Source: Nitrosopumilus sp.
Lineage (GTDB): Archaea; Thermoproteota; Nitrososphaeria; Nitrososphaerales; Nitrosopumilaceae
Length of the DNA stretch: 64,000 nt
Assembly: GCA_965203315.1 (NCBI GenBank)
Contig: CBDBCE010000004.1
Span: forward strand, 160,001 to 224,000
Reading direction: 5' to 3'
The notes beneath the pieces were generated by a model. It searched no databases. It was not told the origin of the DNA and saw only the letters and a program-made list of their open reading frames with translations. Below, one piece after another: positions 9,889 to 19,691 of the stretch. Numbering within the stretch: the stretch's first letter is position 1; the number at the start of each line of letters is the position of its first letter. Made by a program: the position numbers and the translations under genes.

Positions 9889-10512
9889 TTATTTGAGATC
9901 TTTTAACTCTTTTTCTATGGCTTCTTTAAATATAGGATCAAGAGATCTGCCTTGATCATACTTTTCATTGTATGCTTTATCTCCAACAATTTTGTACTTG
10001 CCATATTTGCCTAGTTTGACAAAGTAGTTATTACCATTCTCTCCATCAGGGCCTTGATCAGACTTTCCTATGTGAACTATGACATGTTCACCCAACTCAA
10101 ATTGAGGCTCAAAACCAAATATGAAGTGTTCGCCATGCTCATAGAGACCTGCTAGATAGAATGTGAATGAATCGCCATTATGTACAAGTTCGGTTTCTTT
10201 ATCCTTTGTTTTCTTACTAACGTCTATGGTTACCGGTACAGCACCATGCGTATCGCCTTCATATTTCCAAACTATAGGATCACCAACTGATGTCACAGTT
10301 CCAGATAATGTCAAAACAACTTCCTCTTTTATTTTAGAAATATCTTCTGTCATCACAGAAAATTCAGTAGGAATTACCTTGAGATTTGGATTTGCTTTGG
10401 TAATGTTTGACTGTACATACACGTACTCACTAGGAGACATCGACGTAGCAATAGAAACTACCGAAATAGCCACTATGATCAAAACACTAGTTGCTAATAG
10501 TTTTTTGTTCAT
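9889..10512 (-). CDS. Secreted/membrane-anchored hypothetical protein
   Basis: N-terminal hydrophobic segment; lies 8 bp downstream of the metallopeptidase gene. Confidence 0.7.
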   Translation of the reverse strand: MNKKLLATSVLIIVAISVVSIATSMSPSEYVYVQSNITKANPNLKVIPTEFSVMTEDISKIKEEVVLTLSGTVTSVGDPIVWKYEGDTHGAVPVTIDVSKKTKDKETELVHNGDSFTFYLAGLYEHGEHFIFGFEPQFELGEHVIVHIGKSDQGPDGENGNNYFVKLGKYGKYKIVGDKAYNEKYDQGRSLDPIFKEAIEKELKDLK

Positions 10513-10520
10513 CTCTTCTC

Positions 10521-11145
10521 CTATGAATAGTAGTCATTGATGTCATTGATGTCTTCGGCTCTCAGTTGCGCCATTCCTGAATCACAGCCAGGCTTCATTG
10601 CGGTATGGTCAGAGGTCCACGTAAAATAGTGATGGTGATTCAAACCTGCAAGATGTCCAAACTCATGATTGAGGATGTACTGTGCTGGTACATCACTAGC
10701 AAATATATTGCAACCACCACGTGTGTTGTAGTTCAGATGTTCATGGGTATTTAGCCAAATTACTTTGTAGAAATATGGGTTACCCTCAAAAGTACCTTTA
10801 TGGATTGTGGTCACACCATATATGCGTGTATCACTAAACTTTGTTGCGTCAACTTTGCTGGCATGTGGCCATGAATATGTACTAGTTTCAACTAGATCAA
10901 AATCAGTATTATGAATTACATTTCGTGATACTTCGGCAGTTAGTCGAATCCCAACACCATTGACTTCGTTATCTAGAGATACTTTATTGAGACTATTGAT
11001 ATCATACCAAATTGTCTCTGACTCGTTTACACCATATGGATTAAATGTCATGATATGAGTTGCAGTCATGCCCAAACGCGATAGGCAATGCAAATATGAT
11101 AGTGATTGCAAGCATTATTGTTGAGGTTATTTTTACGTCAGTCAT
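10521..11145 (-). pseudogene. Secreted matrixin-like zinc metallopeptidase, frameshifted after signal peptide
   Basis: HEFGHLAGLNH metzincin motif plus Met-turn (TAMKP); ATG at 11145 gives signal peptide MTDVKITSTIMLAITIIFALPIAFGH, which terminates at ~11041 in a different frame from the catalytic domain. Confidence 0.7.
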
Positions 11146-11399
11146 GTTCTTACAACTTGAGATCCATAATATCTTTTAACTATCACGCATCTATGGTCCA
11201 TTTTTGTATTCAAAAGTGACTCATCTTTATCAATATGGCTGATAGATTATTCTTTGTGACTCTCATCTTGTGAGTGTAGAATGACCATCAGAAAGATTGT
11301 ACTCAAGATTGGCGTGTTATTGGCGGTATGTTTGACACTACAACACAACTCATTCCGTGCTGTCTCTAAATTCATATTCGAAGCGCCAAGATGAGATTA

Positions 11400-13754
11400 C
11401 TAGTTCCACAATATACTTTGATTGGCTGATATGTACTTGCCCATATCTGACCACTGATCATCTCTTATTCCCCATATCGTATAATCTGCTATTGCTAGAT
11501 CACCTGCATCGTTTAATCTAATAGATCCTAATGCACCTATGTGATCTCTAGACACAGATACTATAGAATCTCTGACATCCATTGCGTTACTGCTATCGGA
11601 CTCGATCATTGCAAGTCCAGCCAACCATACTGCATCATATGCTGTATACGCGTATATGGAAGGAGTGTGACCTAGTATGTCGTCTATGTGATCTGTAACC
11701 CGTTGAGCGATCAAATTCTGTTCTATTGAAAACTGAACTGTTGTAAACTCTGTATGTACTGCAAACTCTCTACTCGTCACATCGTCGAGAATCTCTTGTT
11801 CCTTTGCGCTTGCACTAGTACCAAACCATTGTACATCCAGTAGTGTGTTGTATTTGGTTGACTCTTGCATGAATTCAACACCTTCACCAAATCCTATAAA
11901 CAACACTCCTACTCTGTCTGTACCATACTTGTCAACCAATACCTGGATCTGTTTTGATAACTGTTTTGTAGTCTCTTCGATATCATGCATGTCAGCTGGA
12001 TAAACAACTGGTTCGTCAACGATACCACCCATGGACACAAACGACTCTGCAGCAGTCTTGTATAGTCCTTGACCCCACGTATCGTCACGATACAGTGGAA
12101 CATATGCTTGAATGCCTTGATCGATCATTATACTTGAGATTGCTGGACCTTGTTTGCTGTCATCGGGAATGATTCTGTAGACACTGTCGTTGGGAATGGC
12201 CAGTACCGGCGCTGTACTGCAACAACTGATCAAGATCATATCGTTTGTATTTGCATACTCTTTGATGTGTGATACACTTCCACTAGTTCCAGGACCGATT
12301 ATTGTGTGGATTCCTATTGAGTGTAGGTACTCTAGGCGTTCAAGAGCTACTGCTGGTTTGGTCTCTGTATCTTCGATTACTAGATCTATCTTCCAGTCTT
12401 GATTCTGTTCTTTTAGATATCGGTTGAGATCATCAACTGCAAATAACGCTCCTTGATTTGCTTCTCTACCTATTGATGCTAGATCACCATCAAGTGGCAA
12501 GAGTATGCCGATGGTTACCAAACCAGACAAAGAATCGTCTAGATTCCACAATATCGAATCATTCTCTAAAGTATATTTGCCTATTGGACTCCATTGAGAA
12601 TCTATTATCTGAAATATCTCATAATTACTTGCAATCAAATCTCCCTCTGCGTTCAATGCTGCTGAACCTATGGCACCTTGATAGTCTTGTGATACTTTGA
12701 TTATATTTTGTCTTACTGCATTAGCGTCATACTCTTTAGACTCGAGCATTGCAAGTCCTGCCAACCATACTGCATCATATGTGGTATACTCATAAATTGA
12801 TGGCTCCTGACCAACTGCATCTAAGACATGTGTACTCAATCTCTCTGATATGGGGTTGTTGTCTATTGCAAACTGAATTGTAGTATATTGAGTCTCCTCA
12901 GCAAATTCTAAACCAATATCATCATCAATCAAGTCGAGATTGATATCTGATCCAAACCACCTGACATTCTTTAGTGTCTCATAGTTTGTAGCAGCCTTCA
13001 AGAATTCCATCTTTTCTGAAAATCCTATCAACAAGATACCGACGCTGTCTATTCCATACTCTTGAGACAGTGATTCTATTTGAGCTGATATTGTTTCGAT
13101 GTTGGTTGAAAACTCTTGTGTACCTGGTTCATATCGTACTCCTTTGCCTACGGTGCCACCAAGTGAGATAAATGAATCTCTAGTACTAGAATAAAGTTCA
13201 TCGCCCCACAGATCTCCTCGATATAACGAAACTAGTGCCTTGACTCCTTTGTCATACATGATATTTGCAATAACACGTCCTTCAGTACTATCACTAGGAT
13301 ACACGCGATATACGGAATCATCTCTGATTGCAAGTGAAGGTGCACTACTACAACAGCTTATCAGAACGATATCGTTTGATTCGATATATGGTTTGATCTT
13401 TTGAATCCCAGCACTTGTATCGGGACCTATGACGATGTCGATTCCCTGCTCATCTAGTGTGGTTATCTTGTCTATTATGTTGTCTGAGTTTGTATCTGTA
13501 GTCTCTATGACCACATCTAGTTGCCAATCTTGCTCCAGCTCCTTTAGGTGCTCATTAAAGTCATCTATGCCTAACTGTACACTCTCTATGGATTTGTTAG
13601 TGGACTCTTCTGGCACAAGTGCACCAATAGTTACTATATTCTTGTTAGATACTCTGTCACGCATATCTATATCTGATGAAGTTCCAATCCAAATGCCGAT
13701 GACGATTAGAATGACAGCTATGCCCCCGCCAATCATTATTGCTTTTAATGCCAA
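11400..13754 (-). CDS. ABC-type branched-chain amino acid/amide substrate-binding protein with two tandem binding domains
   Basis: N-terminal TM anchor; duplicated motifs LISCCS(S/T)AP.LAI..DSVYR..P.DS and YDAVWLAGLAM.ES; LivK-like (type I PBP). Confidence 0.85.
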   Translation of the reverse strand: MALKAIMIGGGIAVILIVIGIWIGTSSDIDMRDRVSNKNIVTIGALVPEESTNKSIESVQLGIDDFNEHLKELEQDWQLDVVIETTDTNSDNIIDKITTLDEQGIDIVIGPDTSAGIQKIKPYIESNDIVLISCCSSAPSLAIRDDSVYRVYPSDSTEGRVIANIMYDKGVKALVSLYRGDLWGDELYSSTRDSFISLGGTVGKGVRYEPGTQEFSTNIETISAQIESLSQEYGIDSVGILLIGFSEKMEFLKAATNYETLKNVRWFGSDINLDLIDDDIGLEFAEETQYTTIQFAIDNNPISERLSTHVLDAVGQEPSIYEYTTYDAVWLAGLAMLESKEYDANAVRQNIIKVSQDYQGAIGSAALNAEGDLIASNYEIFQIIDSQWSPIGKYTLENDSILWNLDDSLSGLVTIGILLPLDGDLASIGREANQGALFAVDDLNRYLKEQNQDWKIDLVIEDTETKPAVALERLEYLHSIGIHTIIGPGTSGSVSHIKEYANTNDMILISCCSTAPVLAIPNDSVYRIIPDDSKQGPAISSIMIDQGIQAYVPLYRDDTWGQGLYKTAAESFVSMGGIVDEPVVYPADMHDIEETTKQLSKQIQVLVDKYGTDRVGVLFIGFGEGVEFMQESTKYNTLLDVQWFGTSASAKEQEILDDVTSREFAVHTEFTTVQFSIEQNLIAQRVTDHIDDILGHTPSIYAYTAYDAVWLAGLAMIESDSSNAMDVRDSIVSVSRDHIGALGSIRLNDAGDLAIADYTIWGIRDDQWSDMGKYISANQSILWN

Positions 13755-14037
13755 TGATCTGCTCTGTTGTTGTATGTTAATACGTTTTACCTTTATTTTT
13801 GATTGACGATCTGCTATGGTGGCAACTTAGAGTGAGACTAGAACCTAATTCGAATATCGTGCTTTGGGCTGAGTAGTGTGGTCTATCTTTTTCTATCATG
13901 CAAATTTCTTCAGAATTAAAAGTCAGGAACTCGTATCAACCTAAAAGAATCAATACCAAGAATGAGTACATGAATATCAATCTGCTCACAAAACAAATTA
14001 AATAACCTTTATTATGGTACTTTGGACATACATTAGT

Positions 14038-14172
14038 ATGGCAAGCCAAGAAGATAGTCTTGAGGACTTGACTGTGGATACAGTATGGGAGGACAGAGAT
14101 TCTGACATAGTGGTCCAATATCAGATAGACAAGAAACTGAACCTGGAATCTGTGGATGAACTCTCTCAATAG
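14038..14172 (+). CDS. 44-aa micro-ORF, putative antitoxin (copy 2)
   Basis: MASQEDSLEDLTVDTVWEDRDSDIVVQYQIDKKLNLESVDELSQ; aligns with 2661-2780 (TV.T.W.DRD..IVVQ...DK...LE). Confidence 0.6.
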   Translation: MASQEDSLEDLTVDTVWEDRDSDIVVQYQIDKKLNLESVDELSQ

Positions 14173-14174
14173 GA

Positions 14175-14449
14175 ATGTCTTATCCCGACCCTAAAACCAG
14201 TTCACAAGAAAGTATTCTGCAAGGTTTTATGCAAAACATATTCTCCTAAAGTCAAAAATCGACAAGGACATCATATTTAATTACACAGTAAAGATCGCAA
14301 ACAATCCATCATCTGACAAAATTGGTGGTGTTGTAACGTGCCCTGGTGTCAAGTTTAAAAAACTAAAGTTTACTACCGGTTGGGTCATTATTTATGAACT
14401 GTTGGATGACAAAATAGAGTTTGTCAATTTTTACAAGTGTGGATCATAG
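14175..14449 (+). pseudogene. RelE-like putative toxin (copy 2), frameshifted near 5' end
   Basis: ATG 14175 (MSYPDPK...) is out of frame with ...KYSARFYAK...TCPGVKFKKLKFTTGWVIIYELLDDKIEFVNFYKCGS*, which aligns with 2389-2640. Confidence 0.5.
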
Positions 14450-14460
14450 GTGTGTAATAA

Positions 14461-14600
14461 CTAAAAGATACTGTGGATATCAATATGTAAGAACATGACT
14501 GGCGTAAAAATAACCTAAACAATGGTCTTGTAATCACCATCACGTTTACGTTGCTTATCGCATTTGGACGCGACAGCAACTCATATTATGACATTTCATC
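14461..14600 (+). repeat. Degenerate copy of promoter and signal-peptide region of the matrixin gene
   Basis: Matches reverse complement of ~11040-11180 (GTAAGAACATGACTG.CGTAAAAATAACCT...GCAACTCATAT.ATGACATTT). Confidence 0.75.
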
Positions 14601-14960
14601 TAACTGGTAAGAGATCAAGGGACAACAATAACAAGGTGGAATGCTTGAATGGTATGATTAGAGATCGTGTAGTATATCGTGGTCTCAAGAAAGATGATCC
14701 AAGTCTCATCTGTGGCTTCCGTACATTCTACAATTGTACAAAGAAACATGAAGCGTTGGGAGGCAAGACATCAGCTGAAGAAGCCTTGATCTTGATCGAT
14801 GGACCCAACAAGTGGAAAACAATCATCCAGAATGCGCGAGTCTGTACAAGAGATCGCTGTAACTTTCCTCTTTTTTGTTTATCGTATTACGCCTCGTGAT
14901 TGAACGATCTTTGTGATCTTTCGTGTTTAGATTTCCAGCTCCCGATAACTTCGCAGAACC
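14597..14960 (+). mobile_element. IS6-like DDE transposase C-terminal remnant with terminal inverted repeat
   Basis: DNNNKVECLNGMIRDR..RGLKK...FYN.TKKHEALGGKT...NKWKTIIQNA; ends in TCCCGATAACTTCGCAGAACC (to 14960), homologous to the TIRs of 2287-3173. Confidence 0.65.
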
Positions 14961-15009
14961 TTTTAAAATAAGGCTTAATAGTGTGAATGGTTGAAACATA
15001 TTTGAACGT

Positions 15010-15318
15010 ATGGCAGTAATTTGTAATACTTGCGGTCTTCCAGAAGACTTGTGCGCTTGTGGCGAACTTGCCAAAGATAGTACTAAAATAATCATAAGAT
15101 TGGAGACGAGACGTTTTAAGAAAAAGGGAACTATGATAGAGGGTTTGGATCCAAAACTAAACGATATGGAGAGTGTTGCAAAGGAACTCAAGAACAAGTA
15201 TGCATGTGGCGGAACTGCCAAAGATGGATACATCTTCCTACAAGGCGATCATCGTGATACTATTCGAGATACGCTCATCGGTCTTGGGTTTCCTGAAGAG
15301 AGCATTGAACTACACTAG
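15010..15318 (+). CDS. sui1: Translation initiation factor aIF1/SUI1 homolog
   Basis: CGLPEDLC, ELKNKYACGGT, FLQGDHR motifs. Confidence 0.93.
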   Translation: MAVICNTCGLPEDLCACGELAKDSTKIIIRLETRRFKKKGTMIEGLDPKLNDMESVAKELKNKYACGGTAKDGYIFLQGDHRDTIRDTLIGLGFPEESIELH

Positions 15319-15324
15319 TGTAAA

Positions 15325-16305
15325 TTGAAATTACGACATAAACTCCAACTGGTCGCTATCCCATTTGTTGCTGTAATCTCTGTCCTGTTTGGGCTTTTTT
15401 TGATATCGTTGCCACTTGGACTCTATGTTGTATATGATACTGATATTGGTGATTCGATAAATGATGAATTCCCTATATCTCATCTTGAGATATTTGCTGA
15501 TACTAGCTTTTACCAAACGTGGTCAGATCCTAGTATCGGTGACGCTTTTGCCGTATTGTGGGTTATCTATCTGGTGGTATTTGTCGTTGCTATATTGGGT
15601 CCTAGATCTGATCTTATGCGATCAATATCGCATATCATCTCCTTTGGTTACTCACGTGACACCAACTATATGCTTGAGATCATAAAGTGGTTCTCTATTC
15701 TAGTCTTAATATCATCGATCTCATTCCTCATCCAAAACGAATTTGGTATAACTATTGAATCGCCAACAGTTGAGAATGATCTAATTCAGTTCTTTTTTGT
15801 TAGTCTTGCTCCGTTGATAGAAGAGATCGGCTTTCGCATGATTTTGATCGGTATTCCACTTTTCTTGATATACTCTGGACGATCATCGATACGTTTCTTT
15901 CTCAAATGTCTATGGCGTCCGGCATCCCTAGATATTGTACAGTATCGATGGGCAATTGCGTTGATCATATCTGTCGGAGTATTCTTTGGGTTTGCACATA
16001 TTGGTTTTGCTGATTCATGGAGCGACGGCAAATTCCTACAAGCTATGCTAGGTGGAATCATTCTGGGTTGGGTATATCTGAGATATGGTTTTGCGGTCTC
16101 GTTACTTGTTCATTGGGGTACAAACTATTTTGTCTATACGTATCTGCATTTTATCTCTCAATCAAACGATCTCTTGCTCTCAAATGTATATGATCATCCA
16201 TTGTTATCTACATTGGAGACACTACTGTTAGTCTCTGGCTGTCTATCTGTCTTGTTGATCATAACAACTAGACTGTATCGATCTAGAGATCTAGAGCAAC
16301 TTTGA
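15325..16305 (+). CDS. CPBP (CAAX protease/Abi) family intramembrane metalloprotease
   Basis: APLIEEIGFR, FGFAH, HWGTN motifs; multiple TM segments. Confidence 0.85.
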   Translation: MKLRHKLQLVAIPFVAVISVLFGLFLISLPLGLYVVYDTDIGDSINDEFPISHLEIFADTSFYQTWSDPSIGDAFAVLWVIYLVVFVVAILGPRSDLMRSISHIISFGYSRDTNYMLEIIKWFSILVLISSISFLIQNEFGITIESPTVENDLIQFFFVSLAPLIEEIGFRMILIGIPLFLIYSGRSSIRFFLKCLWRPASLDIVQYRWAIALIISVGVFFGFAHIGFADSWSDGKFLQAMLGGIILGWVYLRYGFAVSLLVHWGTNYFVYTYLHFISQSNDLLLSNVYDHPLLSTLETLLLVSGCLSVLLIITTRLYRSRDLEQL

Positions 16306-17191
16306 GACCCTTGTATCGATTTCTGATGGTCACTTCTGTTACGCCAGCCGCTTCGGCAACATCGCGCTGTGTCTTGTTTTCGCCATTTGTGACACATGCT
16401 ACATAAAGAGCAGCTGCAGCTAGGCCCATCGGATCCTTACCCGCAGATATTTTGTTCTCTTCTGCTGTCTTTAAGATGTTCGTCGCCTTGCGTTTTGTTT
16501 TTTCAGTTAATCCTGCCTTGCTAGCAATCCTTGAAATACATTTTACAGGATCAACTACGGGCATCTTTAGATTTAATTCTCGGAGTAGCAGTCGATAACA
16601 TCTCGCAATATCTTTTCGTTTGATGTTACTGGCATTACCAATATCTTTTAGTGTTCTCGGAGTCTCGGTATCGCGACATGCTGCATATAGTGCCGATGCT
16701 ATCAGTGCTGATATTGATCTGCCACGCACCAGTCCTTTTTCTAGTGCTTTACGATAAATGTATGCTGCCTTTTCGATCACGGCATCTCCAACAGCAAGTT
16801 TGTCTTTCAATCTATCTAGTTCACTAAACGCCTGTCTAAAGTTTCGATCCACTGGTTCATGAACTTGACTTCTATTATCCCATGTGCGAAGTCGTTCAAT
16901 TGTACTCTTCATGGACGCAGTCAGTGGCTTACCTGTCGCATCTCGATTCTGTGGATTGATTACTGTTGCAAGACCCATGTCGTGCATAGCTAACGAGGTA
17001 GGTACACCTGCTCTACTCTTATTTTCACCTTCATTTGAGAATGAACGCCATTCTGGTCCTGTCTCTTCGACCTTGTCTGTGATCACAAACCCACACTTGT
17101 TACAAAAGTTCTCACCAGAGTTGGCATCTGTAACAAGCATGCCTTGTCCGCATCTTGGACATTTATCCTTTATATTGATAGTCTTTACCAT
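16283..17191 (-). CDS. tfb: Transcription initiation factor IIB
   Basis: Zn ribbon CPRC..C..CG, GPEWRSF, GLVRGRSI, GKDPMGLAAAALY, VTEVTIRNRYK. Confidence 0.97.
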   Translation of the reverse strand: MVKTINIKDKCPRCGQGMLVTDANSGENFCNKCGFVITDKVEETGPEWRSFSNEGENKSRAGVPTSLAMHDMGLATVINPQNRDATGKPLTASMKSTIERLRTWDNRSQVHEPVDRNFRQAFSELDRLKDKLAVGDAVIEKAAYIYRKALEKGLVRGRSISALIASALYAACRDTETPRTLKDIGNASNIKRKDIARCYRLLLRELNLKMPVVDPVKCISRIASKAGLTEKTKRKATNILKTAEENKISAGKDPMGLAAAALYVACVTNGENKTQRDVAEAAGVTEVTIRNRYKGLKVALDL

Positions 17192-17657
17192 ACTTAATTC
17201 CCAAACCCTTTTATCAGTTATATATAAAAATGACTAGTAAAGCGTATTATAAATACTTTCTGTTACAACTGCCACAAGTGGTATGTGATCTAATGTTATT
17301 ACTACCCGTCGTTGTGATATATCTTGTGATGATACACGAATCTGCCATTGTATTTAGTCAATTTTGTAATCTTGGTGTAGGTTGGGGCAATCATAAGAAA
17401 TTCTAAATACAAATTTTCTAGTCAAAACTAGATGATGTTTCAACATTTGATCCATATTCTCCAAAATGAGTGTTAATTATGGATTTTGTTACTCGCTACA
17501 GAAGAGGATTCAAATGTCGTACTGCGCTATTCCCTAGTACTCGTTTTGTAGAGCCAAAAGGATGATCTAGAGATGTGTGTCAAGACTAGTGGAAGATTTG
17601 ATATTCACAAACTTTACTGGGATTCATTTAAAAGAACCCTAATACATGACGAGTTGT

Positions 17658-17816
17658 ATGGCTACACGTAAATCTTCGTCTAGAAAGATTCGCTTATTGA
17701 AAAAAACAAGACAGACATCACCTGTACCGGCATGGATTATTGCAAAGACTAACCGTCGCGTCAGGACGAATCCTAAACGAAGAGCATGGAGATCTACGGA
17801 CGTGGAGGTTGGATAG
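17658..17816 (+). CDS. rpl39e: 50S ribosomal protein L39e
   Basis: MATRKSSSRKIRLLKKTRQTSPVPAWIIAKTNRRVRTNPKRRAWRSTDVEVG; immediately upstream of L31e. Confidence 0.93.
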   Translation: MATRKSSSRKIRLLKKTRQTSPVPAWIIAKTNRRVRTNPKRRAWRSTDVEVG

Positions 17817-18668
17817 TTGTCTCTTGAATCTGAGCGGATATATGTTATTAATTTAGGTAAAGTTTTACTCTCCCAATCACAGCACCGATCTGTCAGGGCG
17901 ATCAATATGATTCGCGAGTTTGCTCGTCATCATATGAAAGTCAAAGACATCAAAATTGATGAATCACTTGCACAGCAAATATGGGCGAGAGGTGTACGAC
18001 GGCCTCCAAGAAAGATTAGAGTTAGAATGAGTAAAGTCGATGACCACATCCTTGTTTCGTCTTATGATGGACTAGTGGGATCAGATACCGGTTCTTTGAG
18101 TGAAACCACTAAAGACGATTCTGCTGAGATGGATACAACCAATCTTACATCGCAACCAACCGTCAAAGAACAAGCCTCTTATGCTGCACTAGACGAGTCA
18201 CCAGAAAAGCTATCCAACGATACCCTTGCTATTGAAACAGACGAGTCACCAGAAAAGCTATCCAACGATACCCTTGCTATTGAAACAGACGAGTCACCAG
18301 AAAAGCTATCCAACGATACCCTTGCTATTGGAACAGACGAGTCACCAGAAAAGCTATCCAACGATACCCTTGCTATTGGAACAGACGAGTCACCAGAAAA
18401 GCTATCCAACGATACCCTTGCTATTGAAACAGACGAGTCACCAGAAAAGCTATCCAACGATACCCTTGCTATTGGAACAGACGAGTCACCAGAAAAGCTA
18501 TCCAACGATACCCTTGCTATTGAAACAGACGAGTCACCAGAAAAGCTATCCAACGATACTATGGAATCAAATAAAGATAATTCGCATACTGAATCAGAAT
18601 CCTCTACTTATGAGAGTGATAAATCAAAGTCAGAACCAGACACGTCTGAGACCAAATCTAGTTCTTAG
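17817..18668 (+). CDS. rpl31e: 50S ribosomal protein L31e with long acidic repeat tail
   Basis: ERIYVINL...RAINMIREFARHHMK...IWARG.RRPPRKIRVR core (~85 aa) followed by ~200-aa low-complexity tail. Confidence 0.92.
   Translation: MSLESERIYVINLGKVLLSQSQHRSVRAINMIREFARHHMKVKDIKIDESLAQQIWARGVRRPPRKIRVRMSKVDDHILVSSYDGLVGSDTGSLSETTKDDSAEMDTTNLTSQPTVKEQASYAALDESPEKLSNDTLAIETDESPEKLSNDTLAIETDESPEKLSNDTLAIGTDESPEKLSNDTLAIGTDESPEKLSNDTLAIETDESPEKLSNDTLAIGTDESPEKLSNDTLAIETDESPEKLSNDTMESNKDNSHTESESSTYESDKSKSEPDTSETKSSS
18192..18559 (+). repeat. Coding tandem repeat, 48-bp unit x ~7.7 (DESPEKLSNDTLAI[E/G]T)
   Basis: Unit GACGAGTCACCAGAAAAGCTATCCAACGATACCCTTGCTATTG[A/G]AACA contiguous, no spacers. Confidence 0.97.
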
Positions 18669-18683
18669 TATTGTGACTCTAAA

Positions 18684-19619
18684 TTATTCCATCTGATATA
18701 GATCTATGTTCAAATTAATACTACATTCTGGCATGGATTCCTCGACGCATTTTTCTTGAGGAATGATATTTAGTGGATCATATCTGTCAAACTTTGTCAT
18801 TTCTGACGTCGTAGACAACATCACTACATTGGATTCATCGCTAGTTACGTCTATCTGCGCTACGGTGTTGCCAACTATTCCTTGTGTCATCTCTGACACC
18901 ATGTCTATCGTGCCTACTGGGATGTTACCTGTCATATACAGTATGGATTGTTTTACTGTTTTTGGTGACGTATTTGCATAAAGCATCTTGAGTGAATCAC
19001 GAAGTGATTCTTCGATCTGTTGTCCACCTTTACTCGTAGTGACAATTCCCATACTCTCATGAATATCTGATAGTGCTAGTGACTTTACAACATGTTTGAT
19101 TGCAGCATTACCGATTTTATAGCACTCGTTTGGAGTTAGACTAGGATTACATTCTAGTAAGGAGTCATTATCTAACAATATTGTAAACATCGAGTTATTA
19201 CGAACGTGTTTTAGTGCAAGACCTGAACTAAATATTCTATTCTTCTCATATCTAAAAGGCATGACTACGAACGAGATTAGAGAAGTACTTGTCTCTTTAC
19301 AGATTGCAGATACAATTGGTGCGATCGCAGCACCTGCTCTACCCGCAAGATTTCCCATCATTATTACTGTGCCATAATGTGAAATCTTGGTACGAATTAC
19401 ATTGCTATTATCATATGCCACACCACGAATCATTGAGATCGAGGGATTTATGACTCCTTTAGTAGATACATGGATAGACGAGTCTGTAACTAGATCTCTG
19501 TCATCATTGCTTATCAGTAGGCAATCTGTATTCAAAACATCTTTTGTCTCGAGTGCCAATCTTGATCCTACGCCACCTAATCCAACTATCAAGACTGGTT
19601 CTTTGATTTGAATACTCAT
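18684..19619 (-). CDS. Divergent FtsZ/tubulin-like protein (thaumarchaeal type)
   Basis: IVGLGGVGS, NLAGRAGAAIAP (degenerate tubulin signature), MPFRYE, LDNDSL. Confidence 0.8.
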   Translation of the reverse strand: MSIQIKEPVLIVGLGGVGSRLALETKDVLNTDCLLISNDDRDLVTDSSIHVSTKGVINPSISMIRGVAYDNSNVIRTKISHYGTVIMMGNLAGRAGAAIAPIVSAICKETSTSLISFVVMPFRYEKNRIFSSGLALKHVRNNSMFTILLDNDSLLECNPSLTPNECYKIGNAAIKHVVKSLALSDIHESMGIVTTSKGGQQIEESLRDSLKMLYANTSPKTVKQSILYMTGNIPVGTIDMVSEMTQGIVGNTVAQIDVTSDESNVVMLSTTSEMTKFDRYDPLNIIPQEKCVEESMPECSINLNIDLYQME

Positions 19620-19691
19620 TTCAATTTCTTATTATGATGTAGATAAAAAACCTTCCTACGTTCATTTAATCCTCCTTTAGATCTAAAAAAT

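Noticed and set aside
14564-14899. 111-aa ORF as an intact gene
   Set aside because: Fusion of an off-frame matrixin 5' fragment with a transposase C-terminal remnant.
18192-18559. Possible CRISPR array
   Set aside because: 48-bp units are contiguous with no unique spacers, are in frame within rpl31e, and no cas genes are present.
18179-18696. Alternative-frame and antisense repeat ORFs (124 aa, 156 aa)
   Set aside because: Open only because the 48-bp unit lacks stops in those frames.
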